A DNA stretch of 64,000 nucleotides from Eledone cirrhosa (GCA_964016885.1 OZ024740.1:399280001-399344000); one strand, 5' to 3'; counted from the stretch's first letter, positions 13,355-26,818 are shown. Notes: a model not told the origin generated them from the letters alone. Made by a program: numbers and translations.

Positions 13355-14844
13355 AACCAGTAAGACCCCGACAGCTGAGCTCAAGCCGTCTCGACGGCTA
13401 ATTCTGGACTAAATGAAAATTTATCCTGGTATTTAAATAGCCGATCTTCTCAAGGGGTAATTCCATATATGGTCAAAGTGATTGTCAAAAATCAGTAGTA
13501 ATTCTGTGGTTGCAAATTAGTAGGGGAGATGGTGGCTAAACCTGCCGGTAGGAGAAAGAGGGGAGGGGGTGGAGTAGACCCAATCAAGCGTTGGTAGTGC
13601 CGGCTACAGCTGGGCATGAGGTCAAAGAAGATACAGGGGAGGGGGAGGGGGAGGAAGTCGGAACGGTAGGTAGAACAATGCGGGGTAGAAATATATAGGA
13701 AAGAGAAAATACTGAGAGTGAAGAAAAGCAAATAAGTGCAAAGAAAAAAGTAAAGTAAATTAAATTCTACGACCTAGGTCTCAGGCTATTGTTAGGCTAG
13801 AATAAAATAAAGAAAGAAAGAAAGAAGTAAATAAATAAATAAATAAATAAATAACGAAATAAGTAAAAGAACAAGGTGGGACGGTATAGGCAAGGACCCT
13901 TTTAAGAGGTATAAGTACGTAAATGATACGGTGACGGGTCAACAAAAGGGGCCAAAATACTAAAGAGACTACCACGAAATAAACAATAAAGGTTACCATC
14001 CCGGGCCAGCAACGACCCAGTGCAGCAAAGTGAACTTGTACGAGATAATAATTCTGAGTCCCGAGAAAAATATATACTAATGCTAACTCTAAAAGATCTA
14101 AAACAAGCTACATGAAAGTTCGTACGAAATAAAGGTAGAATACGGAGAAATAAATTCAGAATCCACCCCGCCCAGAAGAAAAGTGAAGCAAGAAATACTG
14201 AAACGAAAAAATAAGGCATAAGTGCCACTAAGAAATATAGAGGGCACAGAGAATAGTGGGAGCGGTCGGAGAAAGGGGGCAAGTATCCGGGGTCTAAGCC
14301 AACTGCTATAAAGGGCGGAGTCCGCCAAATCTATCATAGACTAGGGGAGGGGGGGGGTACTAAGGCTACATGGGGCCAAAGGGCAGCCGCGGGTGGGCGA
14401 GAAAAGACGCCGACAAAGGAGAAGAGCTGGGGTAGAAGGACTAAGGAGAGAGGGGGGAAGGAAATAAAGGAAGCGATAAAAGAATACAGCTGTAGCCGGC
14501 ACTACCAGCTGTAGCCGGCACTACCAACGCTTGATTGGGTCTACTCCACCCCCTCCCCTCTTTCTCCTACCGGCAGGTTTAGCCACCATCTCCCCTACTA
14601 ATTTGCAACCACAGAATTACTACTGATTTTTGACAATCACTTTGACCATATATGGAATTACCCCTTGAGAAGATCGGCTATTTAAATACCAGGATAAATT
14701 TTCATTTAGTCCAGAATTAGCCGTCGAAACGGCTTGAGCTCAGCTGTCGGGGTCTTACTGGTTCCTATTACCCACTCTACTACCTCAAGTATTGAGTACT
14801 TTGGTGCGTTATGGTTCACTTGGTTCCTTACCACATTTACTTCG

Positions 14845-14846
<2 letters not shown>
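13352..14846. mobile_element. Non-coding Penelope-type element with inverted pLTR-like arms (13352-13613 / 14505-14766), each arm with a hammerhead fold
   Basis: ~260 bp near-perfect inverted repeat; both ends in (TA)n; the right arm extends ~80 nt further. Confidence 0.8.
14660..14753 (+). ncRNA. Type I hammerhead ribozyme, U3-A8 variant core
   Basis: Stem I ACCCC/GGGGT, core TTGAGAA, stem II GA(T)CGGCTA/TAGCCGTC, GAAA, stem III ACGGC/GCTGT with palindromic loop TGAGCTCA, GUC cleavage after 14748. Confidence 0.75.
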
Positions 14847-14900
<54 letters not shown>

Positions 14901-15073
14901 TATATATATATATTTATCCTTATCGAGCCCTCTTTGGATTTTAGTCTTCAAATTTATTATTATTACTATATATATATATATATATGTATATTTATATATA
15001 GAGAGTGAGAGGAAGAGAGGGAGAACAAGGAGAGAGAGAAAGAAATAGAGAGGGAGAGAGAGAGAGAGGGAGG

Positions 15074-15155
<82 letters not shown>

Positions 15156-15235
15156 TACACATGTTTCGTAGTATCATTTAAAACTAAGAAGTTGTATATC
15201 AATATGGATGTCATATTTTAGTGAATGATTCTTAC

Positions 15236-17491
15236 CTGCTTAATAAAATGATACATTTACGACTGGATTGGATTGCTGATAATATATTTTCAGTTATCAG
15301 TTTACCTACAGGGAAATCCCGATGATGAATGTTTAGACGTAAATGTTCTTTCTCTTCCAATTCTGGAATCAAATAATTTAATGCAAAATCTCTATTTTCG
15401 TCCGCATAAATGACAAATGCATCATAAATATATTCATCTGTAGTGATTCTTTTATAAGAATATTTATCTCGGATCATATAATACAAGTATCGTAGTTTCC
15501 ATCTAAAATGGTAAATTAGTGAGATAACAAGAAATATTATCAGCATCAGAACAGCAAAACTTATTGCTATAATTACTCCTATAAACGGTGAACAACTGTG
15601 GTTGAGAAAGCTTATAATCACGGGAAGCCGATTGTCTGTCAATCGCCACACTGTTCCATTCGGATGAGTACATTTTGTGTACATTACCTTCAATCTAGCT
15701 GAACGACGCACTTTGTAGAGCCATGTGAGAAATTTAATTTGGTCACAGTCACATTTTAAACTATTGCTTTGCACGTTGACAGTGAGGTTATGGTTTTCAG
15801 ATATCTTTTCAATAGCATTAAAAGTGTTTACTGACAGATCGTGTATAAGGTTTCCGGATAAATCAAGATATGATAAATTTAACATATGACTAATCTTTAC
15901 ATCAAAGGTTCTCAATAAATTATTGTGTAAATTCAAGATTCTAAGATTTCTCAGATATAATAAACTATTGTTTGACAAATATTCAATGTGATTGTTTGAA
16001 AGATGGAATTCCTCGAGATTTGTTAAGTTAAGAAAAACTTTACTGAAGCCACCTTTGGCAACTTTCCTTGAAAGACCTAAGGAGTTACTTTCTAAATTTA
16101 GAACTCGTAGCCCAGAGAAAAATGTGAAGAATTCGTTACTGATGTTATTGCATTGGTTATGACTTAAATCTAGAATCCGCAATTGTTCTAATCCCCGGAG
16201 TGGACCACGCCAAGGACAAAATAAGTTGTTCGATGCATTAATTAATTGTAATGAGCTTGCATCTTTTATATGGAATGGTGGTATTGGAAATTTATATTGA
16301 CAGCCTTGTAATAATAGTGTTTGAAGAGATTTAGGAATTGTAAAACTGTAAGTTATATTTCTATTGAATAATTTATTACGAAATAGTGGTAGGATTGTTT
16401 CTGATAATGTCATACTAATGTCAATTAGTTTAATGCGAGATAAACTCTTGATTTGAAAGATATATTCTCCGTATGTTAATATGTTATTCTTCAAATACAC
16501 GTATTCCAATGTTTTGGACAGGAAAGGAATGCTATTCCAAGCAAATAATTCAATTCTATTTGAATTTAAATAAACTGTCTTCAAACTAGTCTTTTGTAAA
16601 CTACTTGTAAACACTTCTTCAATAATTGTTCCAGTATCTACGTCATGCTGCATATTATTAAAAGACAAAGTTGTGAACAAACTAGGGTTACGTAGATAAT
16701 TCATTGTAATCGGGATTCTTTTCAGTAAATCATATCTGTTAAATGAAATGGCGAGATACTCCAGATATTTGAAATTATCCATCGAGTGCGTGGCAAAATT
16801 GTATAAATCACAGTAGGATAGATCCAAATGTCTTATATTGGCAACATTTTGAAATGTATAGTTTTCAATGTATTTCATAATTGAACTGTTTCTTTTTGAG
16901 GCAAAACTAATATACGTTAATTTCGACAGATTCTTATATCCGCTTCCAAATCTGGAGTATTCATTACCTGTCATGTATAAACGTTCCAGCGCAGTTAAAT
17001 GAGATATTGTATAGTCAAGATAATATGCCCTCCCATGTATTATGTTACCTCGTAATTTCAGAATTTTTACCCGAGTTAAATTTCGAAAGAGCTTTACAGG
17101 AAATGAATGAGTATTGATAGTTAGTCGATTATACTCCAATGAAAGTTCTCTCAGCGACCACAAACCTTGAAAGGTGTCTGGCAGTAACATCCAAAGTAGA
17201 TTATCGTCAAATTTAAGCACCTCTAATAATTTTAAATGCCTCAAACTATTATTAAGTGGAATATGTGTAATGAGATTTCGACTTAAATCTAATAATGTGG
17301 TATTTTCTGGAAAATAATCGGTTATTTTATTTAGATTTTGGTCAGTACAAACTACCGAACAATGATTTAGTTCCATATCAGTACAGCTGCAAACACCAGG
17401 ACAGTCTATTTGACAATTTGCAGTCACTGTAATGAAGTAACCAAATACGATAGTGTATATGCTGGTCATCGTTATGCACATATATTTCTGG
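15236..17491 (-). CDS. TLR: Toll-like receptor copy 1, main exon (signal peptide, LRRNT, LRRs, LRRCT, TM, N-terminal part of TIR)
   Basis: ORF 15232-17481 has CPGVCSC LRRNT, many LxxLxLxxN repeats, NSLKCDC...C LRRCT, hydrophobic TM, YDAFVIY box 1 and HHRDFPVG box 2. It ends at an AG|GTAAG donor (15236/15235). Acceptor ttctttcattctag lies at 17492. Confidence 0.95.
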
Positions 17492-18197
17492 CTAGAATGA
17501 AAGAAATATAAATGTTTTAGTTAATATCTCCGATAGAATCATATTATAGATTTTAAGATTTTAAGTGAAACAAACTAATGCTTTCAAATATAAATAGTAC
17601 AGTATATAAATATATAAACAAATAAATATAAAACAAAGCTAAATGAAATGACATTCGACAGTGTAAAGATTTTAAAGCATGTATTAATGTATGTATGTGG
17701 GTATGCATGTATGTAGCACCCAACGGTAACAGAAAGAATCAGTCTATGGAAAGTTGTTATGCCCCCACCCAAACTACATGATCACAGCCCCAGAGGATAT
17801 CAAGGGAGATGAGCTGGGCTCGTTACTACGGGTGACCAACTCCACCATGATTGTAGTAAACGTTAGGTGATGTTTCGAGTAGACTTGTCTAGCTGAGTTA
17901 ACCGTGACAGTATGGAGTTCAGCCAGGTACCACTATCAGGTTAGGAAGTTAAGTGAAATATGCTAGATGGTGCTGGTTAAGCAAGTATAGGAGGTTGTCT
18001 GAAGCCTTGTTGTACTGGATTATGTCTCATTTTCGTTGGGGAGATAAGACGTCCACAAAATGGAAGCCAAGTGGGGTCACATAAGTTGACTCGAGTTCCC
18101 TGATCGTAATAGGTGTTGTGGAGAACATTGTCGATAATTACAAGACGGGGTGAGCGACAAAAGAATACTAATGAAACTGGAGACTGGAGAACTCAGC

Positions 18198-18380
18198 TAC
18201 GTAGATAAGAAATCAAATCACCTAAAACAATACTTAACTCAATAGTTAAAGGTATATCTAACAGAATTGGCAGTTTATCTTATAATGTTTATACGAAAGT
18301 ATCTTTAATAAAAATGTGCCATATTACAACGAAACTTTATCTCGCTTAGGCAACACTGATATAATTGGATATGTAGATGG
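18198..18380 (+). mobile_element. Degenerate Penelope-like RT thumb fragment (unit 2: 46660-46842)
   Basis: Frameshifted YVDKKSNH..ILNSIVKGISNRIGSLS..IFNKNVPYYNETLSRLG aligns by eye with YVNFSSNHP..RISRISSNKNIF..YYNDALARAG of 23309+. Confidence 0.7.
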
Positions 18381-18485
18381 TAGTATAAAGGAAATAGACT
18401 AAATAATATATCATATAATACAGCAATGAATAAATCTAAATTAAAACATTATAATAATAAACTACATAACCTTACAATAGATATG

Positions 18486-18865
18486 TAATGAGTTTGTGTG
18501 CGTTTTCATGATATGTCATTTTTTAAATGTCAGAATCAAAGCTGCTAGCCTATCCCAGCACTGATACATAATTCATGTTCTATTTGACTATAATTATTAC
18601 AACATTGTATTATTGAAATTATTAAACTATTATACTATTATATACACACTATAGAGAGAAAGAGAGAGAGAGATGAGAGAGAGTGAGAAAGAATTAATTC
18701 CACAACAATTACCAAACCATACAACAAGTGTTTCACCTAAATAGGATTTTCAACTCACATCTTTCCAAGTATTCGGTAATTGTGGAATTAACTCTACACC
18801 GAACTCCTCCTTTGGACTGAGTGCTCTATCAATTTTGGAGATAAGCTTTCTGATTTTTCACTACG

Positions 18866-18934
<69 letters not shown>

Positions 18935-19216
18935 AAGAGAGAGAGAGAGATGAGAGAGAGAAAGACAGAGAGAGTAGTTTAGTTATTGCAAAACATTGTG
19001 AGATTTGTAGTAAAAATCCGATAGTTTTTTACTTAAAGCCGAGGAGAACAAAACAAAGTAATGTTTTACCCAGTATATTTTACCATGATATTTCAGGGGT
19101 AATATCCTCTTTGTAGATGCGAAGCTGTAACAGTCTACGTCATGACAAACGAACCGTCAGTTTTCTATCCTAAGAATACGTGGGGTCACTACACTTACCA
19201 TTCGGCCTCATGCATT
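18486..19216 (-). repeat. Inverted arm of the ~750 bp repeat (unit 2 copy 46948-47706)
   Basis: Reverse complement of 384-1132 and 28727-29479, lacking one ~45 bp internal segment. Confidence 0.9.
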
Positions 19217-19399
19217 GATGCCATAGACTAATTAACAAAAATACAATGAAACTCTGTTTCTCAATCACAACTAATATAGCTGTACAATTGGCTTTTAGTC
19301 TCAATAGGACATTAAAAAAAACAACACCAAATCATTAAAAAGGAATAATAAGACACAGCTATTGAATACACACAACCAAAATATACCCCTATGTTCTCT

Positions 19400-19640
19400 T
19401 TAGGCAAGTTGGTGAAGTATTTATATGTTTTTCCCATCTTGACGTTTTCATCGGTATTCACGTATCATTTCTCCTATTCTACGGGCTGTTGCACCTATGT
19501 TGTATTTTTATTCCTACACTGTCCCTCAGTACATCGTATGCTATATACTACGTTTCTAGTTTTGCAGTTAGTTTGTGGGCTTAACTTGCAGACTATGCAT
19601 TTCCTATCAGTGCAGGGGGTTCTTTGAAATAGAACATAAG
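19400..19640 (-). mobile_element. Degenerate Zn-finger/GIY-YIG endonuclease fragment of a different Penelope-like lineage (unit 2: 47890-48130)
   Basis: C...CIVC...CKTRNVVYSIRC...C, then frameshifted NIGATARRIGE.IREY. Confidence 0.6.
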
Positions 19641-19920
19641 GGCACGTTAGAGAACGTAGTGATAAATTTATTTTCACACACAGAAAAGGCGCAAGGCTCA
19701 GACAACTTACTGAGGCGAGAAACATAAACGAACTCCAACCAAAATGAAACAGAAAATATGAGTGGAATAGCAACATAGTAATTAAGGACAAAATAAAAAC
19801 ATTCAGAGATACACAAAAAACCAAACTAATAAAACAAACCAGACACACACAGATAGAACAAACAATTAGTGACAATTCTTAAAAAAAAAGAAGAGTTTTA
19901 TAATATATATAAAATATATA

Positions 19921-19969
19921 AACTATAACAGGTTTCGATGTATCAGTCTCAGCCATCTTATCAAATGTT
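19921..19969 (-). ncRNA. Hammerhead-like fold with UUGAUAA core upstream of the GIY-YIG fragment (unit 2: 48411-48459)
   Basis: AACAT-TTGATAA-GATG...CATC-GAAA-CCTG-TT-AT(A)GTT; stem III imperfect. Confidence 0.5.
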
Positions 19970-20084
19970 GAATATTACAATTAAAAGGAATTAAAACTTA
20001 AAAATGTAAAATTAAGTGTTGAAGAGGACTGTACATCTTTCTTGTTGAGAAAACTCAGTCTAAAATGAAATCTTATATGTATGC

Positions 20085-20156
<72 letters not shown>

Positions 20157-20164
<8 letters not shown>

Positions 20165-20750
20165 CGTAAAATAAGAAAATCTTTTCTAAAAAAATTAAAA
20201 AAACATTTTTTTTACTTACTTACTTAAATTTTCACTCCAACTAATTAGTTTCTGCAATGGGATAAAGACAGTTACGCAATCTAACTGTCGAGAATTCATT
20301 GCGTCATCAGGGAGTCTATTCTCAGCTAAGTCTCCAGGCAATGCGCGGACACTGGCGGCTCATATAAAAATAATAATAATTCGGTAGATAGAACAGCTGG
20401 CGAGGACTGAATTCTATGTACTGAAATTCTCACTGCTTCTAGTCAAATGGCCGATTCTAAAGAATCAATCACGTGACACAGAGGCTAGTCAGAAGTAATG
20501 GGATGGTAAGATGACTGACGCCTACTAACACCCCCAAAAAATTTTTTTTAGAAGTGGTTTTGGCAGGTTTGCTCGACAAATCAGTGATTTGGAGATAAAT
20601 ATAGATAATTTAATATATCAACTAGCATAAGCGCACAGATGCACGCCCATGCCAGCAAATACACAGGTTATGTCATAGTACCTAGGTGGTTCAATGCAGG
20701 AGGATGCAGAACAATAATATAAAAGACGTAAAATAAGAAAATCTTTTCTA
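20157..20750 (-). mobile_element. ~590 bp non-coding element with 32 bp direct terminal repeats in (TA)n and a degenerate canonical hammerhead (20234-20315); unit 2 ~48631-49225
   Basis: ATAAAAGACGTAAAATAAGAAAATCTTTTCTA at both ends; minus strand reads ACTCC-CTGATGA-(C)GCAAT...ATTGC-GTAA-CT...AG-TT-GGAGT. Confidence 0.6.
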
Positions 20751-20954
20751 TATATATATATATATCACAGACAAAAAAGAGAATCAATGTTGCGACGAAT
20801 GCAATTTATTGAACATATTACAATCGTTTCTCTGGCGACCAGCTCGAGGCACGATCGATGTGATGATCGAACCTGACTCTGAAAATCGGAAGGTCCTCAG
20901 ATACGTCTTGATTCTACGGCCTACCGCATACGGACGCTTCAGGCATCCAACAAC

Positions 20955-21117
<163 letters not shown>

Positions 21118-21133
21118 CATACATACCTGTATA

Positions 21134-21173
<40 letters not shown>

Positions 21174-21180
21174 AGGTGAA

Positions 21181-21296
21181 GGCGTGTGGCTGAGTGGTTA
21201 GAGAATTGGATTCGCAATCGTAAGGTTGTGAGTTCGATTCCTGGACCAGGTGATGCGTTATATCCTTGAGCAAGACACTTTATTTCACGTTGCTCC
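21181..21296 (+). mobile_element. tRNA-derived SINE, 3' truncated
   Basis: A-box TGGCTGAGTGG, B-box GTTCGATTCC, followed by a CCTTGAGCAAGACACTT core-like motif; no acceptor stem. Confidence 0.8.
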
Positions 21297-21409
21297 TTCT
21301 ACCTGGAGTTGCGACCGATAGATAGTATTAGCAATTGGAAAGACCAACGGAAACATTGTTCCCTCGGTCCGATTTGACGAAATTCGATCGTTCCTTTAAA
21401 ATATATATA

Positions 21410-21882
21410 AGAAAAAGTATGACCCCGACGGCAGAGCTCAAGCCGTTATGACGGCTATTTCTGGACTAAATTAGAACTTTTAGCCTGGTGCATAAATAGC
21501 CGAACTTTTCAAGGGGGTACTTCCTCATATGGGAAGATTGTAGTTGTCAAGAGGATTGGTTAAAATTTGTTGTAAACACAAATAAGTCTATCATGGCATT
21601 TGGTGGGAGGTAGGGGTGGCTGAACTTGCATGTAGAACAATAGGGGAGTTTTAACTAATCCTCTTGACAACTACAATCTTCCCATATGAGGAAGTACCCC
21701 CTTGAAAAGTTCGGCTATTTATTCACCAGGCTAAAAATTCAAACTTAGTCCAGAACTAGCCGTCGAAGCGGCTTGAGCTCTGCCGTCGGGATCATACTTT
21801 TTCCTATTCCCACTCTACTACCCTAAGTATTGAGTACTCTGGTGCGTTATGGTCCATTTGGTTCCTTACCACAATTCCTTTG

Positions 21883-21883
<1 letters not shown>
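21410..21883. mobile_element. ~470 bp mini fold-back element related to 13352-14846, with degenerate U3-A8 hammerheads in both arms (unit 2: 49826-50299)
   Basis: Arms 21410-21565 / 21649-21803; core TTGAAAA; shares the CTCTACTACC..AAGTATTGAGTACT..GGTGCGTTATGGT tail. Confidence 0.78.
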
Positions 21884-21966
<83 letters not shown>

Positions 21967-21968
<2 letters not shown>

Positions 21969-22079
21969 TTATGTAATAAACAACATAAGGCAATTATTTC
22001 ATTTACCAGTGGTTTCTTAAAAGCAAACAAATTTTTGCTTTCAATCATCAGAATGAAAAAATCATGGTGTATTTATTGG
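21967..22079 (+). repeat. ~112 bp segment with inverted copy at 27856-27967 (unit 2: 50377-50489 / 56241-56352)
   Basis: Near-perfect reverse complement. Confidence 0.85.
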
Positions 22080-22350
22080 CATTGGATTTTAAAAACAAAA
22101 ATATAATCTATATGAAAGTGAGGCTGGAAAAGGAAGAAGGAAAGAAAAAATAAACACACATGCACACGCACACACACACACACACAATTATATACATACA
22201 CATATATACACATACACACATACAAACACACACACATATCCACACACACACACATATATATGTGTATATATATACATACACATACATATACACATACATA
22301 CATACACACATATATATCAACATATCCATACATACAAATACACAAACATG

Positions 22351-22394
<44 letters not shown>

Positions 22395-22401
22395 TATATA
22401 T

Positions 22402-22432
<31 letters not shown>

Positions 22433-22662
22433 CATATATACACACACATACATATATATATACATATATATATATATACATACATATACATACATATATA
22501 TATACACATACATACATACACATAATCATACACATATACACACGTACATACACACACATACATACAAATATATATACACGCATACATACGCATGCACAAA
22601 TTGAGAAATATGTACACACACCTACATACTCAAACACACAAATAATTATAAGAAAAAATATA

Positions 22663-22845
22663 ATAATTGTTTCTACTTTAGGCACAATGCCAGCAAACAC
22701 CCAGTGCATTACTGGTACTTTATTTTATCGACCCCGTAAGGATGAAAGGCAAAGTCAACCTCGGCGGGATTTGAACTCAGATCGTAAAGGAACGTAACTA
22801 TGCTGGAAAGCATGGCGTCCGACCCTCTACCGATACTGCCAATCC
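22663..22845 (-). mobile_element. tRNA-derived SINE with Nin-like central domain
   Basis: TGGCAGTATCGG A-box, GTTCAAATCCC B-box, GACTTTGCCTTTCATCC..GGGGTCGATAAAATAAAGTACC. Confidence 0.8.
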
Positions 22846-23086
22846 ATATAATAATAAAAACACCGTAACATAAGAATAAAAATGAATATAAAAATTATTA
22901 TAGTGTTGACAGCGATACAGGCAACAAATAAATGAACAAATACACGTGGTAAGCAATACACACAATTGCACGTACACATACATACGTAAAAATAAATACA
23001 TACATACACTCTCACACATACACATACATATACAATTACATATACACATACATACGCTTACACATATATATACACACACATACATA

Positions 23087-23222
<136 letters not shown>

Positions 23223-23308
23223 TATAGATACATATCCATACATACATACACATACATATACATACTTATAACAAACACCTACATGCAAATACAAACACGC
23301 ACATATGT

Positions 23309-24768
23309 ATGTGTGTAAAACTCATTCTTAGATGTATTCATATCCCTAATCTACTTAATAAGGCACTAAATTACGCATTCAAGCATACAGACCTAACTAG
23401 CAATGAAATGCACATTATATTATCGGCAAGGAAAACTTTGATAGAATTTAATAACCAACTATGGACTAGGGCAGATAGAGATAATAATTTTGACATTACT
23501 ATGGGATCATCAGACTCAGCTCAGGTAACGGACCTTGTGGGCCTATTTATAATTAATTCGCTGCATAGGAAAATACCCGGTGTTACCGGAGGTTTATATA
23601 GAGATGACATGCTTTTACTTATTGAAAATAATAACTCTGAACTAAATAAGAAAAGAAAACAAATTATACAATTTTTTAATTACCTTAATCTAAAAATAGA
23701 AATTGAGAATAACCATAGAATAGTCAATTTCCTAGACGTAACATTTAATCTCAACACATGTCTTCACTATCCATTTCACAAGTTAAATGAAAACTTGAAT
23801 TATGTCAATTTTAGCTCCAATCACCCCAGATCTGTCAAAAATACTATAGTAAACTCTGTTCAAAAACGTATCTCTAGAATCTCTTCCAATAAAAATATTT
23901 TTGACGAAAAAGCCCAATATTATAATGATGCTTTAGCTAGAGCAGGATTTAGTGATAAAATTATGTACATCGATAATAGACAAACTAACCAAAATAACAA
24001 CAATTTTAATTACAGTAACAACTTTAACAACTATAATAGAAAGCACTACAATAATTTCAAAAACCAGAAAAGAAATAGAACTAGAAATATAATATGGTTT
24101 GCCCCCCCCCCCTTTTCTCACTAAACATTAAAACCCACATCGCTAAACTATTTTTTAATGCTCTTGACAAACGCTTCCCTAGAACACATAAGTATCACTC
24201 AATTTTTAATAGACATACTATAAAATTAACGTACTCGTCCACCAAAAATTTACCACAAAATATTAATAGAATAAATAATAGGAATCTAAAACCTAGCCAA
24301 AATACCGAAAATAACCTAAACAATATTCAACTAAAAAACTGTAACTGTAGAGATAGATCTAAATGTCCGCTAAATAACAATTGCTTAGTTAAAAATATAA
24401 TATACAACTGTAATGTTAGAACTGATTTAAATTCTTTTAATTATGTTGGTTCCACTTCGACAGAATTTAAACTTCGCTATAATAATCACAAAAATTCTTT
24501 CACGGATCCAAATAAAAAATCCTCAACATCGCTGTCAGGGTTACTCTGGCAACTTAAGCATGATAAAGTTGGATATTCGATGGTTTGGAATATAGTCTCA
24601 AAAGGGATTCCTTTTAATTCCTCTTCTGAGACTTGTGACCTCTGCGCGGAGGAGATATTCTTTATATTAAAATCTAAAAATTCCCTTAATTTACGAACCA
24701 ATTTATTCAGCTGTTGCAGACATAGATTGAACTCAACATTTAAATATAAATATAAATTTAAAATGTAG
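23309..24768 (+). mobile_element. Penelope-like retroelement (Naiad-like), 5' truncated, RT + GIY-YIG; frameshift in the poly-C at ~24102-24112
   Basis: MGSSDSAQV, LYRDD, FLDVTF, SNHP, NCNCR..CPL..C, IIY...YVG, CDLC..E, LN...CCRH. Confidence 0.93.
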
Positions 24769-26184
24769 TATAAAATGTAGTATATTTACTTAAGGTATTT
24801 GACTATTTGTGATACTTGGCGATAAATCTTTCGATTCCTTCAATTTTTTTAAAACCTTTCCGCATGAATATATAATTAATGAGATTAAATAAACTACCCT
24901 AAAATTGGCGTTGGTCCCAATCTTTTGAATAAATTTTTAAGCTGGATAAACTTCTATAATAAATATAAGAGCATTTGTAGAATAAGTTTTGAATGATTTC
25001 TGATAAATAAGGCTTGGTGAGCAATTTTGGTCTTGTTTGCTTTTGACTCTGATTCTATGACCGATATGCGTGGCATACTATGTTCTCTTGCGTCCCTAGA
25101 TACTCTGTGGAGTGACGAAGATATTCTTGGCGTTTTTAATTTTAATATTGATATCTGTTGTCTACTCTATGCTTGATCGATGATTATTTTAGATGTTAAT
25201 GTATATCTTATATGTTTTGTGTCTATATATATATATATATGTATGTAAATGTATGTAGGGTGGAATCTCTTCTAACGCATTGAAGTTTTTCTTTTCTGAC
25301 ACATTGAAGTTTTTCATGAAATATAAGAATCAGTGCAGCGTATCACCTAGGTTCACATGTGCGTCTATATTTATCAACTTGAATTTGAGATAACCTCTTT
25401 TCTCATTTTTCACGAGAATGCATATATACTTATGTTTGAAGTTTTGTCTCAGATTTTGCTTATAGACCTAAGAATTTTTAAACTGAACATGTGGTCACTT
25501 TTTTTACACATTATAGATATGTGTCTCATTCATGAATACTGATATTTACATTATAATGCCTAATTCATAAAAATTGATAATTCAAATGGATGAGACATAA
25601 TATATTTTTAATATATTTTAAATATATCATCTTTCTTTCTTTTTCTCCTATACACTAATCTAACTGTATCCCTTCCCTTAACCTCTCACATATACGATGA
25701 TCATCTGTCAAAAAGCAGCCTACTATGTTTTTTTTTCACCATCAATGTATTTCTCTCTATCCTTGTCTCTCTATCTCGCTCCGTTGTTTTTCTTTACATA
25801 CATCTCTTTTCTCTTTGCATACATCTCTTCATCTTCTTCTTTTTTATTTACATACATCTCTTCACCTTCTTCTTCTCATCTTCGTTTTCTTTCTATATAA
25901 CTATCATAACAGTTTCACTACCAAATCAACTTTTTAAAAGGAAGTTGCATTATTACAAGGTATGTCACTAATTATTTATAAAACAGCTTATGTATTGTAT
26001 TTTGTCTGAGGAAGGCATAACATATTTTTAATATGATATCCCAGAAATATATATAACGAAATAAATATGGTTTTATAAATATAGTTTCCATTTGTTTAAT
26101 ATCGTATATATACATATATATACACATACACACACATATATATATATATATACCTACACACACATATACATACACATACATATG

Positions 26185-26312
<128 letters not shown>

Positions 26313-26818
26313 AGAAAAAAATAAATATTATATATATAAAAAATAAATATTGTATCTATAAAAATAAAAAGTTGGGAATACGACAAATAATAAATGAAAA
26401 AATAATTAGAAAAGGGTATAAATGTTTATAGCTCATTTAGAGCACTCAACAAGTTCCTGGGGCAAATGATCAATGAAAATGAGCATTAAATCACTGTATG
26501 TAATTATGCATATACACACCCACATACATATACATATATATATATACATATATATACACACACACAAACACAACCACAGAAATACACACACACATACATA
26601 CACATACATACATATACGTATATATATACACACACATAGGAAAAAGTATGACCCCACGGCAGAGCTCAAGCCGTTTCTGAGGCTATTATATATATACACA
26701 CAAAACCATTATATAAAAATACATATACACGCACAAATACAACAGAAGCATATAAAATACAATTATATATATATATACATATACATACAGATAAATATAA
26801 ACATACATACACACACAT

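Noticed and set aside
15232-17481. TLR pseudogene truncated in TIR
   Set aside because: The stop lies inside a consensus splice donor and a phase-compatible exon completes the TIR
21181-21255. tRNA gene
   Set aside because: A/B boxes are present but there is no acceptor-stem pairing and it continues into a SINE body; it is a SINE head
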